NCBI RefSeq assembly: GCF_001194135.2
Contig: NC_069007.1
Location: 431,336-495,335 of the forward strand
Direction: 5' to 3'
Length of the DNA stretch: 64,000 nucleotides
Source: Octopus bimaculoides
Taxonomy: Eukaryota
The notes under the pieces are model-generated. The model was not told the DNA's origin, ran no database searches, and worked only from the letters and a program-made list of their open reading frames with translations. Shown here one piece after another: positions 1-14,352 of the stretch. Position 1 is the first letter of the stretch. Each line of letters begins with the position of its first letter. The position numbers and the translations under genes are program-made.

Positions 1-7
1 ATATATA

Positions 8-45
<38 letters not shown>

Positions 46-1736
46 ATCAACAGAGTAGTTGAGAAGACTACTGTCTTATTCAGGGACCTAGTATTTCTTT
101 CCAAATCTCTTTTTATGTTGGAACAAAATTCAACGTTCACGAAGTAAATCATGCAGTATTACCATCTATATTTCAAGCAAATATACTCTTTACGTTACAT
201 ATTAAATTCTTTTTCGTTCAGTCTTTATTGCCAACCGTACTTTATGTACAGCCTACCATAATATCATAGATTCGACAACCTCGCTGACTAAGCTACGATT
301 ACACGGAACCCGAGATACCACGGTCAGAGAAACAATGCTTAAATAAGCAATATGTGCATGTATGTTTTTACATGTCTTTTGAAAAGCTATTCTGAATGTG
401 CAACAAATCATTGTACATTACGTACTACGAAACTTGTACAACTCGATACTGAGTATTGCATCTGCGCTACAGAATTATATTTTATGTGTTGATTCTCTTC
501 CAAGAGAAACAAGTAGAACTGCCAGCCTATTCGCCTATTCACACGGCTGACGAGTGTATATTTACACGAAACTTGAGATCTCATGGTTCGAGAAACATTT
601 ATCAATATTTCGACATCTGTGTTTGTATTTGTGTACTGAAATGTATATCGTAAATGAGAATCAAATCTCTCTCTCTGTGTAAATCATTTAGATATATTCC
701 GCTTTAGAATATCAGAATATTGTTCCAGAAGAAAAATATACGATAGAAACACAGCAGCAGAGGAAGAAGAAGGAGGAGAGGGAGGAAAAGAAAAAAAAAA
801 GGAGGAGAAGAAGAAGACGAAAAAGAAGAAGGTGTAGAAGGAATAAAAAAATACCCATAAAAATAAAACAAAATGCAAGGAAATTGCTTCTTGCGAAGAA
901 AGGTGAGATTCAATGTAATAGAGAAGGAAAATGTATAATGGTGATGAGGTGGTGGTGATGCGCGGAGTGTGGGTGGCGTAAAAGATGGAATAGAACCTGG
1001 ATGTATCCTCGAGCGACGTGGGTTTGATGAGATCTCAATTAAGTGTTGACAAATTTGGAACTTGTTCCCAAGATTTAAAGGATGAGCAACAACAAAGATG
1101 GAATAATAATAATAATAATAAACTCTATGTCGCAGAAATGTCTTTAATAATGTTTCACAGCCATCGTTCAGAATTAGAATTATATGTTGCTACTTGCTTC
1201 TAATTTATATTAGACTTCCGACAAGATAAAGAATAAAATTACCTGGTTATAATCCCTTTCATGTGATAACAACACCACCACCATCACCAATAATAATAAT
1301 AATAATAATAATGGTAATTGTGTTTTTCATGTAGGTCTCCTTACTTGTATTGGCATCCTATCTTAAATGTAGTAAAAATAGGTTTTGTCTCCTTTATTGT
1401 TTTCATATAATAACGTGAATTTTTTTGTGTGGGGTGAGTATGTGGGGATAATGGTGGGTAGGTGGAGTCACAGAGGGGTGGGTGGTGTAGAGGTGAATGT
1501 TGAGAAGATGTGTGCAGAGGAAACATTCAGAGACAGAAAATAAAGAAAATACATAATGTCCCATGGTATACATACATACACACACACACACATATATATA
1601 TATATGCATTGATTCATACACACACATACAGGTATATTTGTATGTACGCATGTATGTATGCTTGTGGGTATATATTTATATATCGTTATATAGGTGCGTT
1701 TATATATACACACACATAAGCACACACAAGTGAGTG

Positions 1737-1769
<33 letters not shown>

Positions 1770-2624
1770 AATTCTGAATATATTAACATGTATACATTAT
1801 TGAACTTCATAAATCTGCAGTATTCGTCTCCAGAAAACTTTTCTTACATGGGCACAGCGCTAAAAAGAACGTAAGTGTATCGGTAGCAGACGAAAATCGT
1901 CCGAATTATATATCACGAGAGTGAGTGAGAGAGAGAGAGCGTGGTTGAGAGAGCGAGAGAAGGTGGGTGAGAGGGTAAAGACATAGATGATTTTCTTGAT
2001 AGCAATAGTAGAGATAGAAAAATAATTGAATGTTATTGTGAATGTAGCTGTGAATATAGGTACACCGATACTTATAGAGAGAGACTCACAGACAGACATA
2101 GTTATAACTTGAGAATTCGGTGCTCACAAATACGGTCCGTAAAATAATTATTAGGAGATGTATTGATATAAATTTCAGCCAACAACCATTAAACCTACAA
2201 AACCTAAGTTAAAGACATTATTTGTTCTGATGAAAATTACTTTCACCGTAGTGTTTCTTGATACAAAACACTCTCAAAGTTATTACCCGTATAAAAAAAG
2301 AATATATTACAGAACAATATTAATATTTGGCGGCGAAATATTATGTTAGAATCCGCTCTATACTTTAAATGTTCGTTCTAATGTTGCCAGGAAATTCTTA
2401 AAAGGTCATAAATAGTAACTTTAACGCAAGACGTAAATATGAGACATTTAATAAGAATTGCTCCAACGCGCATTGCACTCGTACAATAAATGTAGTATAG
2501 AAAACACTTTGTAGTGCTCAATTGACTTGAATGCAAACTAGGCCCACAGAGTAAAGAAAAGCTATCATAGAAATCTAGGCGAGTTGATATGGAGCAAGTT
2601 TGGTGAAGCGCATTATTCCACTGT

Positions 2625-2758
2625 TACTTATTTAATCGACCCCGAAAGAGTAAACGGCAAAGTCGACCTCAGCGGTGTTTGAACTCGGAAAGTAAAGACG
2701 GACGAAGAGCTGGTAAATACTTTGCTTGGCGATGCTAACGATTCTACCAGCTCGCCGC
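2625..2758 (-). mobile_element. SINE family A copy
   Basis: ATCGACCCCGAAAG...GGCAAAGTCGACCTCAGCGG...GAACTC...GCTAACGATTCTACCAGCTCGCC matches the family A pattern. Confidence 0.8.
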
Positions 2759-2777
2759 ACAATACAACCATATTTTG

Positions 2778-2977
2778 GTTTCAAATGCTGGAGCATGGCC
2801 AGTGATTTCGTGGGAAAAGATAAATTGATTAAATCGACTGGAACTTATTTAATCGACCCCGAAAGAATGAAAGGCAAATTCGACCTCGGCGGATTTGAAC
2901 TCAGAACGTGAACAAGCCTGACAAGGTGCTACTAAAGTGCCCTCCAAACATTGTAAAGGATTCTGGCAGCTCGCTGC
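2778..2977 (-). mobile_element. SINE family A copy (tandem with the previous one)
   Basis: Same body and B box, with a diverged head. Confidence 0.75.
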
Positions 2978-3375
2978 TCCATTCCATATACAGATAGTTT
3001 GCTGTATAAATATATATACATGAGAGAAAGAAGAGTAAACGAGACACAAAGAAGAGGTGGAGAGAACCGAGGCTAAAAGTATCTCCAACCCTTATCAAAG
3101 TCATGAATACAGAACTAATCGTTATTTCTTAGATTCTCTGCTGCTGTGTATTATTACTATCGAAGAATATTGTCCAAATTTAGAATTCATTTAACAATAT
3201 ATTAAGATTGTAGCATACTGTGATCTCGAACGGAAGAATTATGCAGGTACCAATGCATATGTATACATACATATAAATGCAAGCCTTACAACATATATTT
3301 ATATATTAACTCATACACTATACGTGCGCACAAAATCAATCTCCCTGTCGCTCCCCCGCTCTCCCTCACACACAC

Positions 3376-3555
3376 ATGCGTGCGCATGTGCATAGGTATA
3401 CACAACTGCGTACATATTCTTCAGTCACTATTTATTCACATTCCTCTATAGTATTTCCAATATGCGCGTGTTCGTACCGAAACATGTACATAGTGTTCAC
3501 ATATTTCTTACCAAAATTCTGTATTCACATACTCATGTATGTAAGCATGATTGCT

Positions 3556-3608
<53 letters not shown>

Positions 3609-3772
3609 GCAAACAGAGTTTCTGCCTGCATTTGAAGACGCTTATGAAATACACGCATGTTTATGGATGTATATCTTCCCATGTAGGTGTGTATGTGTGA
3701 AACCATCATTTATGAGTATGCATCAGTTTGGGAGTCTGTGTGTGTGTGTGTGTGTGTGTGNNNNNNNNNNGA

Positions 3773-3838
<66 letters not shown>

Positions 3839-4338
3839 GTGTCCATGCATATAGTGGTGTGAACAGCACAATGAATGTATATGCATGAATGGACACATGG
3901 ATGTCTGATTATTTGTGTGTGCGTTTATGTGTGCATGTGTGTAAATATAGTCGAGCGTGTGTGTGTGTGTGTGTGTGTGTGTTTGTGTGTATATATGCGA
4001 TTGGACGTTTCTTTTCGTGTGGCGTTGCATAAGTAGTTGCATGGAAAGCTGAAACCATGTATGAATGCATGAGTGTGGAATGTGGATATATGCATACACA
4101 AACACACACACACAAACGTAAACACACACATATATATACATACATATATGTATATATCTTTCTCTACGCACACACATATATGTGCATGTGTGTATATATC
4201 TATCTCTACGCATGTATATGTGTGTATGAATATGAATGTATATATATATATGTGTATGTATATGTTTATGTGTATATATATATATATATGTGTGTGTGTA
4301 CACACATATATGTGTTTATGTGTGTGTGTGTGTGCATG

Positions 4339-4417
<79 letters not shown>

Positions 4418-4480
4418 TTGTGTGTGCATATATATACACACACAAACAGATAGAGATATGTGAGGTGTGTGTGTGTGCAT
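3376..4480. repeat. Dense (AT)n/(GT)n/(CA)n microsatellite field, representative of dozens across the window
   Basis: Directly visible; similar fields at about 20500-20750, 30100-31200, 33400-33600, 40200-40530, 41400-41730, 50190-50570 and 54170-55440. Confidence 0.95.
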
Positions 4481-5119
4481 GTTTTGGTGTTAGTGTGCGT
4501 GATCCTGTGTGCAACAACCTATGTAAACCAGTGAAGTGGTCTGTAATGGAACCACTGCGTGCATATTGGTCTATGTATATCGGTGTCTGCTTAAATATCT
4601 CAGTAGAAGAAGACAAATAGCAGTTGGTAATTCCCCTAAGATTAACCAATGCTGTAATAGATCGCATCATTTTACAACGTCTTAAGGAATTGGACGAGAT
4701 CTGTCAGGTAAGCTTAATTAAGTAGCTGCTCCCATGGGGTTTCGGCCTTCAAAAGGGAACACTGTCCGGATTTGGTCAAGTTGAAAGCATTTGATTTATA
4801 GCGGTTAGCCCTTAACAGTGCTGTATATAGAAACACTTGTATGTTTGCCACATACACAGACACATTGATATGCACACACACACACACACACATACACAGA
4901 TAGGTGTGCGTTGAAAGCATATATGTATATACATAAATGTATATATACATTCATATATATCTTTATATATAAACACCTACGTGTATATCTATATCTGTCT
5001 GTCTATATTATATGATGATGTAATGCTACGAGAGAAATGATATGAAATATACGCAAACAATAATAATAATAATAATGGTTATTTCTAATATAGTTGTTGA
5101 GAATGAAATAATGCAAGGC

Positions 5120-5337
5120 AGTCAATTTCTAATTTAGGCACAAGGCCAGACAATTTGCGGAAGACTTCTGTGCATTAAACAGGCCCATATAAATGACTGG
5201 TACTAAATTTCCAGACGTCAGAGGTATAAAAGGGAATTTTGAAGTCAGCGACATTTGAAATTAGAACGTAAAAAACCGGAAAAAATGCCACCAGACGTTT
5301 CGTCCGATGCTCTAACGATTCTACCGATCGGGTGGCC
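5120..5337 (-). mobile_element. SINE family A copy (diverged)
   Basis: GGCACAAGGCCAG tail, TTTGAAATTAGAACGTAAA and CTAACGATTCTACC head. Confidence 0.6.
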
Positions 5338-5427
5338 TGAATAATTGTTTCTAACAGAGACAGAAGAACTAGAATTTTGAGGGAAGCAATTTGTCGATGA
5401 AATCGATATCATTATTCAAGTGATATT

Positions 5428-5778
5428 TTTTGTCTTTTAGTTGTTTCAGTCATTGGACTGTGGCCAAGCTGGGGCACCACTTTAACGGGTTTAGTAGAAC
5501 AAATCATCACCAGTATTTATTTATATTTTCAAGTATAGTACTATTCTATCGGCACTTTTGCCGAATTGCGTTTCCAAGCAGCGGGAGGGTGACACACACA
5601 CACACACACACACTCGACAGTCTTCCACGCAGTTTCTGTCTACCCACTTAACTCACAAGTCATGTGTCGGCCCGGGGTGTAGCAGATGACATTTGCCTAA
5701 AGTACTGAGCAGTGGAATTGAACCAGAAAGCAGGTGGTTAAAAAGCGAGCTTCTTAGTCACATAAACGCACCTGCATC
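5428..5778 (-). mobile_element. SINE family B, long form
   Basis: Tail TTGTTTCAGTCATTGGACTGTGGCCAAGCTGGGGCAC, an internal (CA)n, then the family B head in reverse orientation. Confidence 0.75.
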
Positions 5779-5944
5779 CAATGCATTATTTTATCGAAGA
5801 GGGACGGCGTCGGCGGGATCCGAACTCAGGACATAAAAGTGATGGCGCATGGGCAAACACCTTGGATTGAGAAAAAACGGGGTCAACGTAAAAACAGAGA
5901 AAAAATAGGTCCCCGCATCAAGTTTAATCTTTTTAGTAATGATG

Positions 5945-6100
5945 TAAAATTTTGGCACAAGGCCAACAAATCGATTACATCGACCCCAGTGCTCAACTGG
6001 TACTTATTTTATCGACCCCAAGAGGATGAAAGGCAAAGCTGACCACTGCAGAATTTGAAATCAGAGACGGACGAAATGCTGCAATTCATTTTACCCGAAG
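5945..6100 (-). mobile_element. SINE family A copy
   Basis: TTTTGGCACAAGGCC...CGATTACATCGACCCCAGTGCTCAACTGGTACTTATTTTATCGACCCC... Confidence 0.8.
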
Positions 6101-7298
6101 AAACAAATTCCCGTATCAAGTTTCATAATGTAGCGCTGTATTGAAAAAGGAAGCTTAAAGCTGGGTCTACATCTTCACTATTTTTGACTTCCACCTCGTT
6201 TTCCTAAGTTGTTTATTTAACAACATTCGACGGGGTTTCTCATGCCCCCTCACAAATAGCCGGGGATAAATCTAGAAGACGCTGTATCTGACATTTTAAC
6301 GCGTTTGATAACAACAACAACAACAACAACAATAATAATAATAATAATAATTGTTTCCCATTTAGTCACAATGCCAATACATTTGAAAGGGGAGAGGCTT
6401 CGTCAACGATGAAGCAATCATGATGGATTCTCTTATGCGGTACAACATCCACTTTGGAAAACTGACCGATCAATTATTGGACCGGTATCGATTTATTTTG
6501 TCGATCAATGACCGAGAGAGGCAAAGTCTAGTTCGGTACTCACCTTTCATATAAAATTCACAAAGATAGAGAACATGTATTGTCGATACCAGAAATTGAC
6601 TGGTGAAAAATCAACTGTAGCGATAAAAGAAGCTATGTAAATACTAACAGATATTTTTGTCCAGATTCACATTGGCAGAAGACGAGGTAATAGAACTGTA
6701 AATTGAGGGCAGCGATGGCGTTTCGTTCCCAAGCTAAATATATTCCATAACATTTTTTTTATTCACCATTCTGCAAGTCATCAACATCAAACGGTTCCAT
6801 TTACCTTCTCTTAATATATTGAAGAACTTTGTGTCTGCTAGAGAAAGCAATAATTCAAGATAAAAACGAAACAGCTTCGCGGATAACAAACGAACCGAAA
6901 ACAGTACGTATATACATAAATCAATCTCTTCTCTCTTTCTTCACCAATCTCTTTCTCTCTCTCTCTCTCTTTCTGTATACAAACGTGTGCATATAAATAT
7001 TGCACGAATAAACTTGTGTGTTTCTGTATATGTGTGTATATATCTCTGCTTGTATGCATATATGTGTGTGCGTATAATAAATTAGAATAAAAAAAAGGAA
7101 CGAGAAAATTATGTCATGAAGTCCATTCGCTTAAGGCTGTTTCTGCTTTATGATGCAATGCACGCATTTTTTTCCCGCTGTATGATGTAATGCACTCAAA
7201 ATCAAATGTTTGTGTAGCGTCAGAACTTCAGTATTCGATCCGTCTTCTTTAGTTTATAATTGAAGTATATACAGTCAAGTGTTTACTTACACACTTAT

Positions 7299-7380
<82 letters not shown>

Positions 7381-7399
7381 ACACACACACATACACACC

Positions 7400-7640
7400 A
7401 CGAAAAAGATCCAATGACCTTTCCGAGCCATAATGTCATAAGACTGGTTTTCCGGATTCTGTGGCATATATATTTCCCCCATGGCGGGATTACTCACATT
7501 TGCTAGCTGATTGAACTGGAGCGAAGTGGAATGAAGTGCATTGCTCAAGAACACAAACGCATCACCTGGTCCAGGAATCGATAGCACAATATCATGAGCA
7601 TCAGTGCAACAGCCTAACCACTAAGCCACTCGTCCACCCG
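7400..7640 (-). mobile_element. SINE with CORE-like head and short tail
   Basis: GCTGATTGAACTGGAGCGAAGTGGAATGAAGTGCATTGCTCAAGAACAC...CCAGGAATCGA...GCCTAACCACTAAGCCAC. Confidence 0.7.
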
Positions 7641-7678
7641 CTCCAACATAGGTATATATATTTTTGCTTGTCAAAACA

Positions 7679-7719
<41 letters not shown>

Positions 7720-7765
7720 TAAGTGCAGAGGCGAATACATATAATAAGACATAAATGTACGTAAA

Positions 7766-7804
<39 letters not shown>

Positions 7805-9161
7805 GTTATTTGTGTGTGTGCGTGTGCAAGTATATTTGTATTTCTATATCTTATGATATTTATATACGAATATATCTGAAGCCGAGTATAAATGAAAAGT
7901 CATGAACGGGATACTTTTATTCGATTATCAGGCTGATACCAACTGAAGTAATTTCAATTCCACGTAAATGCAATTCAGCCAGATCTACATAAGAAACCGT
8001 AGTTATGATAAACTGTATCTAGAAATTAGAAGGTCAAGAAGCTGATAAGCTATTAGTACTTTTCGTGTGTTGTATCTGTGATTGATGCACAACACTTTTA
8101 TAGAACGTACATTGTTGCACTGCCATTCATTTATGATGACCGAGAAAATTGTGTGCGTCTCGCAATACGTAAAATCAGAGTTACCTCACCAGCGATACGG
8201 ATGACGCATTGAATGCCGAATGTCAACTCTGACGGATTGAATTACGATGGTGCATATGCGTTTGATAACAGAGAAAATTACTCGACATCTCCATCAGGTC
8301 GAGCGACTATGTGAATATTCCCTCGTTGATGTCTTTCTCTGTCTGTCTGTCTGTTTATATACTGCAGCTTATAGTTATTTACGGAGTAAAAGAGGAAGAG
8401 AGAACGAGAGAGAGGGTCACTATTATGAGATGACAGAAAGTGAACATTCTCCTTAAGCGGGGAGAACCACCTCGGGGTTTCTAAAGTATTTTTTTCATGT
8501 ACATTTCATTGTTGCTTTATTATAGCAATGAATATCGTAGGAGGCCCTAGCAAATCTATCAATGCATTTGGTCTATCTTTCTTTCTGTGTGTGTGTGTTG
8601 GATATATACTCGTTGATGCCAGTTATAATCTTGTTATCACAAACACGTTTTGGACGTTGATATATACCAAAAGAAGATATTTCTTCTGTTTTGCACTTCA
8701 GGAAGGAAATATGTAAGATATTTATATAGATACATATGCACTCAGACAAACATATAAACATAAATAAACACACACATATGCGTACACACATGTACATTAT
8801 ATATNNNNNNNNNNNNNNNNNNNNNNNNNNNNNNNNNNNNNNNNNNNNNNNNNNNNNNNNNNNNNNNNNNNNNNNNNNNNNNNNNNNNNNNNNNNNNNNN
8901 NNNNNNNNNNNNNNNNNNNNNNNNNNNNNNNNNNNNNNNNNNNNNNNNNNNNNNNNNNNNNNNNNNNNNNNNNNNNNNNNNNNNNNNNNNNNNNNNNNNN
9001 NNNNNNNNNNNNNNNNNNNNNNNNNNNNNNNNNNNNNNNNNNNNNNNNNNNNNNNNNNNNTCTATTCCCTTATTGGGACTGTCACGTTAAGTTGGCAGTA
9101 TACAACTACTTTATCGCATCACTACTGCTTAAGTCTCTCTGAGAGATTTAGAAATTTATTA

Positions 9162-9196
<35 letters not shown>

Positions 9197-12100
9197 CGAC
9201 ACGTCACCTTGGGTCAGTGTATTCTACGCCGGGGGAGGGTTGATGCATGGCTTTAGAATAAAAATCCATAGACGGAATATGTGTGAACGGATGACCGTTA
9301 GACTAGCTTTTATTGGGTGGGGATCTTTATCTCTCCTCAATTACCAATAGATCTCTGGTTGTCACTTTATTAGAGTCACTCTCATGTCATCATTTGGTCC
9401 AGTTTCTGGTCAGAGAACGAATAAAGGTAAAATGAGCTCAAGGAAATAACAGACCCATGTTATAAATTTAAATCAATTAACGTATGATTTAATGAATGCT
9501 GAACTTGTAAAAATTTCTAATTACCCTGCTTTTTCTTTTTTTCGGAAAGAAAGCCAATTCTAAGTAGCATCTCTTAGCAACTTTTAAAGAAAAGGGAAAA
9601 CAATTCTAAGAACAATTAAGACTTAATTTCTTGGAGTTAATTTACATATTAGTGGAAGGAGATCCTGATTTTTGATTATAGGAAACTAAGTCGCTGTTTC
9701 AGTCTAATGTTCATCAGATATTATAGATAACTCGTTCACTTAATATTCACTTCTTGATCATTAATTGTAAATACTTCTCCTTTTTTTCTCTCACTTTAGC
9801 ATCCCTTGCGTAGGAGTTATCCTCATCACTTGAATAAGCAGTAAGAAATGTATAGATTATATTTACGATTGTATCCGATTTATTCAATTTGATCTTGTTT
9901 TCCTTCAAGCGGCTGTCATTTTAGTCTCGTCAGCTGTCTGTTGCAGAGAATAGTTTAAATTTATTAGTCATTATGAATCTGATTGCACTTAGATATCTTT
10001 TGCTACACTGATGGCTTAAAAAAGTCGAACAAAATACCAAAACACAGCAAAGTATAATGTTGTTGAGTCTGTTCATCGTTAACATGATGTAGTTTGACGA
10101 AAGCTTTGACTAAATTTACCTTCGTAACGGGGGGAAAAAGTAGAAAAAAACCATTATTTGAAAAGATCAATTCTGCCCAAGGAAAACACGGGAGGTAGCC
10201 GCAGAATTTAAATTACGTAAAATTAATTAAAAATAGAAAACAGGTAGATTTGATATAGATTTGACTGCTAATACGAGCAAGACAAACGATCGCGTAGAGA
10301 CAGACGCGTTCGTTTGAGCTCTTTAGCTGTAATTAAGGAAGTGTTTTAATTAAAAAGATGTAAGGTAAAAGCAAACAAACAAAAGCGCTATTACATCGAT
10401 TTTTCTTGTGCTTTGTGATAGAAAAGAAAACGATTTTATATCTTCAAATATGAACTGCACTAACCAAATTTTTGTGGCGAAAGAAGAATCAATGGAACGC
10501 TGCTGCATAAAATGGTTGCAAGAATTCCATTTTATTAGAGAATAAACCATCGTCCGTTATGTGTAATAAATGAAGATATATGTTCATTTATTGCCCAACA
10601 GAAATTTAAGCAACAACTCGCCAAACTAACGTCTTCTTTTTAAACAATAATTCAATATATTCGATAATAAAAATCTTAATATTTCATAATTTATTGTGGA
10701 GAACATAAAAAGAAAATTTATTGATTCAAATATTTCCATTTTTATTAAATTTTATTTCCTATACATCTTGTCAAACTTCCTTTTATACTTTTATCTTCCT
10801 TTTCACAAGAGAATCCTAACAAAAACCGTCTTAGATTTCTCATAACCAACGACTTGGTTCTTCTTAGTATTAATTTTGCCGTCGTCAATAATAATAATAA
10901 TATAAAAAAAAACAACAACATTTGTGAACTGTTGTAATAACGTTTAATTGCGGGACACTAATCGAATTCATCAAAATATATATTTGATGGAGGCAGGGTT
11001 GGTTTATGTGTTTACTTCGTATATATACATTGTTTTGTGTTCGGTCCCATCGTGTGGTACTACTTAGAACCAGTGTCTTCTACCGTAACATCTGGTCAGA
11101 CAAAGTCTGATGAATATCCACATAAAAATATCTTTACTGCAAAATTATGCATCAAAACAGAATCAGATTAATTGACAACAAGCTTAATACGTTTGCGTGA
11201 GACACATTTTCCAACTTAAAAGGCAAATGTTGACGTCTTCGGAGTTAAGCAGATGTTTGAGATCATCAGTATAAAGTGATATCTATCTATCCATCTTTTT
11301 ATGTACACACACGCACAAATACATACATACATACATATACTTATGAGACCATGCTTTCGTGTAGAGTAATACACTCTAACGAAGTTCATAAGTGAGCTAT
11401 ATAATTCTCAATAAATAAGTCAGAAAATCTAGGACAACGACTATACGTCTATCTGCTAAATATGCTCCAGACACAAACGTGTTTAACGTAAACCATACAA
11501 TCCAAACATATTCGTAAATAGCTGATTACTAACCAGACAGAAGATTTTTGTAGACACCTACTCAGGGCATTTAGTCAACAATGCCTTCAGGGCTGTGGAA
11601 AACATGCAGCGTTAGCAGCATCAGGAATAGATATAAATAGCATTGCTATAACACGAAAATCTGGCAATAAGTGGGGATAAATCATGTCAAGCGGTGTTGG
11701 ACGAGAATGAATCATGTATATATACATACATATATGTATATGTGTGTGTGTGTACCTGTGTATATACACAACACACAAACATATACCTATATATATAGGT
11801 ATTTATATTTATATATGTATCTGTGTATTTAAATGCGTGTATATACATATACCTGTATAAATATATATACATANNNNNNNNNNGAGGCGGGGAAGAGAAA
11901 ATAGAGAAATAACGGGTTGTATATAATTATTTACTTGTAAGCTTATAGCTGTTACAGACATGCATTGGGGTTGGTTCAGGTTGAATTTCAATCAATTGAT
12001 TGATCGAATGTACACACAGGGAGCCGCCCCGCCAAGATACCTTCCTCAGAGTCGCAACAAACCAACTGCCACCAGAAAAAAGGAAGGAAAGGATTTTGTT

Positions 12101-13009
12101 CAATTAGTGAATTAAGTCATCTATTTTAAATCATCAGTCTTAAGCCATTGTTGGGGCTCGCACTACAGGGGTGAATGCTATTGTTATCCATTAAAGACGT
12201 CTGATACCCTACAATCCCGTTATGATCAGTGGCAAATGGTTGGCGATTACTATTGTATTTCGAAGCAAAAACAAAAATTGTCTAGGGAAGTATGTATAAA
12301 AATACAAAACAGTTGGCAGCTAGCAGACTATTAATTATTCAAAACGAAAGTAACAAAATCTATTTACTATGAATTATGGTAGACGTAATCATTTTACAAT
12401 AAAGGTTAAAAACTAGTAAACAGGGAGAATGATAAATTATAACTGGTAAAATAGCAATAAGACAAAGATCAAAATATAATCCTAAAATATAAAACTAAGG
12501 TATGAATGGTAAAGAATCGATACGAAGGCTGGGGTTTGATTCTTAAAGGAGTTGGAAGAGGAAATAACATAGGAATTAAAAGAAGAATATGGAAACAAAA
12601 TGCAAACAGAAACAAGATGAAAACAAGTGGAAATAAATGGAGAGATGTATGGGGCAAATAAAATGGATATCTTCTTGTCATCGTAATAAATAGGGAAAAG
12701 TGAAAAAGGGAATGAAAGCTTTTATAATTCAAGCGATTAAGAAATTTGACAACGTGTAGTTTAAATGTTCTATTAAGTTGAAACTACTGAACCAGGAAGG
12801 GATACGGCATTTGGCATATCGAGGTGTTTAAAGGGATTGTTTATTCATGAGAAGTTTTCTTTACAAAATGCTTACGTCATGCAGCTAGTTCATGCTTTTT
12901 ATTTATATGTTTGTATCTATATATGTGTATATACGTACATACAAACATACACATGCATATATATGTATATATTTATAAGTATATATATACATGGATATAT
13001 ATGTGTGTG

Positions 13010-13056
<47 letters not shown>

Positions 13057-13074
13057 TCTGTTTATTCCCACCCC

Positions 13075-13180
13075 CGTTCCTTTCTGTTGAAGAGTGTAGG
13101 CTCAAAACGTAAAATACTCTCACCTTCCCGAGCGTTAAACTAATACATCTGTTTGTTGTTTATACACCTGTCTCCGTCTT
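13075..13180 (+). mobile_element. Second, more decayed copy of the Penelope-like terminal fragment
   Basis: CTTTCTGTTGAAGAGTGTAGGCTCAAAACGT...TTCCCGAGCGTTAAACTAATAC...ACACCTGTC aligns by eye with the reverse complement of 30425-30545. Confidence 0.55.
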
Positions 13181-13352
13181 TTGTGGTTCAGTAAATTTCA
13201 ACTATATGTATGTGTGCGTGTGTATATATCTATATAATCAATCCAAACAAGAACAAACAAGAAAAATCAACAACGCGAGGACGTGGTACAATTACTGAAA
13301 GAAAAAGGATTTCACGTTTCGAGTGGAGCTCTTTGCTCGCATGCACACACAC

Positions 13353-13391
<39 letters not shown>

Positions 13392-14352
13392 ATAAAAACA
13401 GACCAAAGGGTTATCTGGTACTGCTACAATTGTATCAGTCTGATTCTTTATTGTGACGTGAGCTCAGTAGAGTCAGGAATTCCGTATGTAGTATGCACGA
13501 CATCGTTAACACCATGTAATATGTTATGCCACTCACGGATTCACCAATCATTAGTCCTATCAGCTGTGCAAGCGAGGAGTTACACGTTGATTAATGACGA
13601 GATCATCAACGGATGACTTCGTTGATGTGTTACGATACTGGATTACTTAACTATTTGCATGATTCTGTCTTAACAATCAATATTAATACAACATTTTTTC
13701 TTAGATATCCAAATGTAGCGATGGCAAAGCGTATAATTTATGCGGCACACTTNNNNNNNNNNNNNNNNNNNNNNNNNNNNNNNNNNNNNNNNNNNNNNNN
13801 NNNNNNNNNNNNNNNNNNNNNNNNNNNNNNNNNNNNNNNNNNNNNNNNNNNNNNNNNNNNNNNNNNNNNNNNNNNNNNNNNNNNNNNNNNNNNNNNNNNN
13901 NNNNNNNNNNNNNNNNNNNNNNNNNNNNNNNNNNNNNNNNNNNNNNNNNNNNNNNNNNNNNNNNNNNNNNNNNNNNNNNNNNNNNNNNNNNNNNNNNNNN
14001 NNNNNNNNNNNNNNNNNNNNNNNNNNNNNNNNNNNNNNNNNNNNNNNNNNNNNNNNNNNNNNNNNNNNNNNNNNNNNNNNNNNNNNNNNNNNNNNNNNNN
14101 NNNNNNNNNNNNNNNNNNNNNNNNNNNNNNNNNNNNNNNNNNNNNNNNNNNNNNNNNNNNNNNNNNNNNNNNNNNNNNNNNNNNNNNNNNNNNNNNNNNN
14201 NNNNNNNNNNNNNNNNNNNNNNNNNNNNNNNNNNNNNNNNNNNNNNNNNNNNNNNNNNNNNNNNNNNNNNNNNNNNNNNNNNNNNNNNNNNNNNNNNNNN
14301 NNNNNNNNNNNNNNNNNNNNNNNNNNNNNNNNNNNNNNNNNNNNNNNNNNNN

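Noticed and set aside
3376-4670. Long ORFs rich in YI/HT/CV dipeptides (here and at many other positions)
   Set aside because: These are translations of (AT)n, (CA)n and (GT)n microsatellites, not proteins.
4620-4712. Plus-strand CAG|GTAAGC with upstream peptide LRLTNAVIDRIILQRLKELDEICQ
   Set aside because: There is no pyrimidine-rich acceptor, an in-frame stop lies just upstream, the sequence looks repeat-derived, and it is on the opposite strand to the other splice evidence.
6538-6650. Minus-strand donor AAG|GTGAGT at 6544/6543
   Set aside because: The candidate upstream exon has stops near the donor in the tested frames, and the site borders a decayed SINE.
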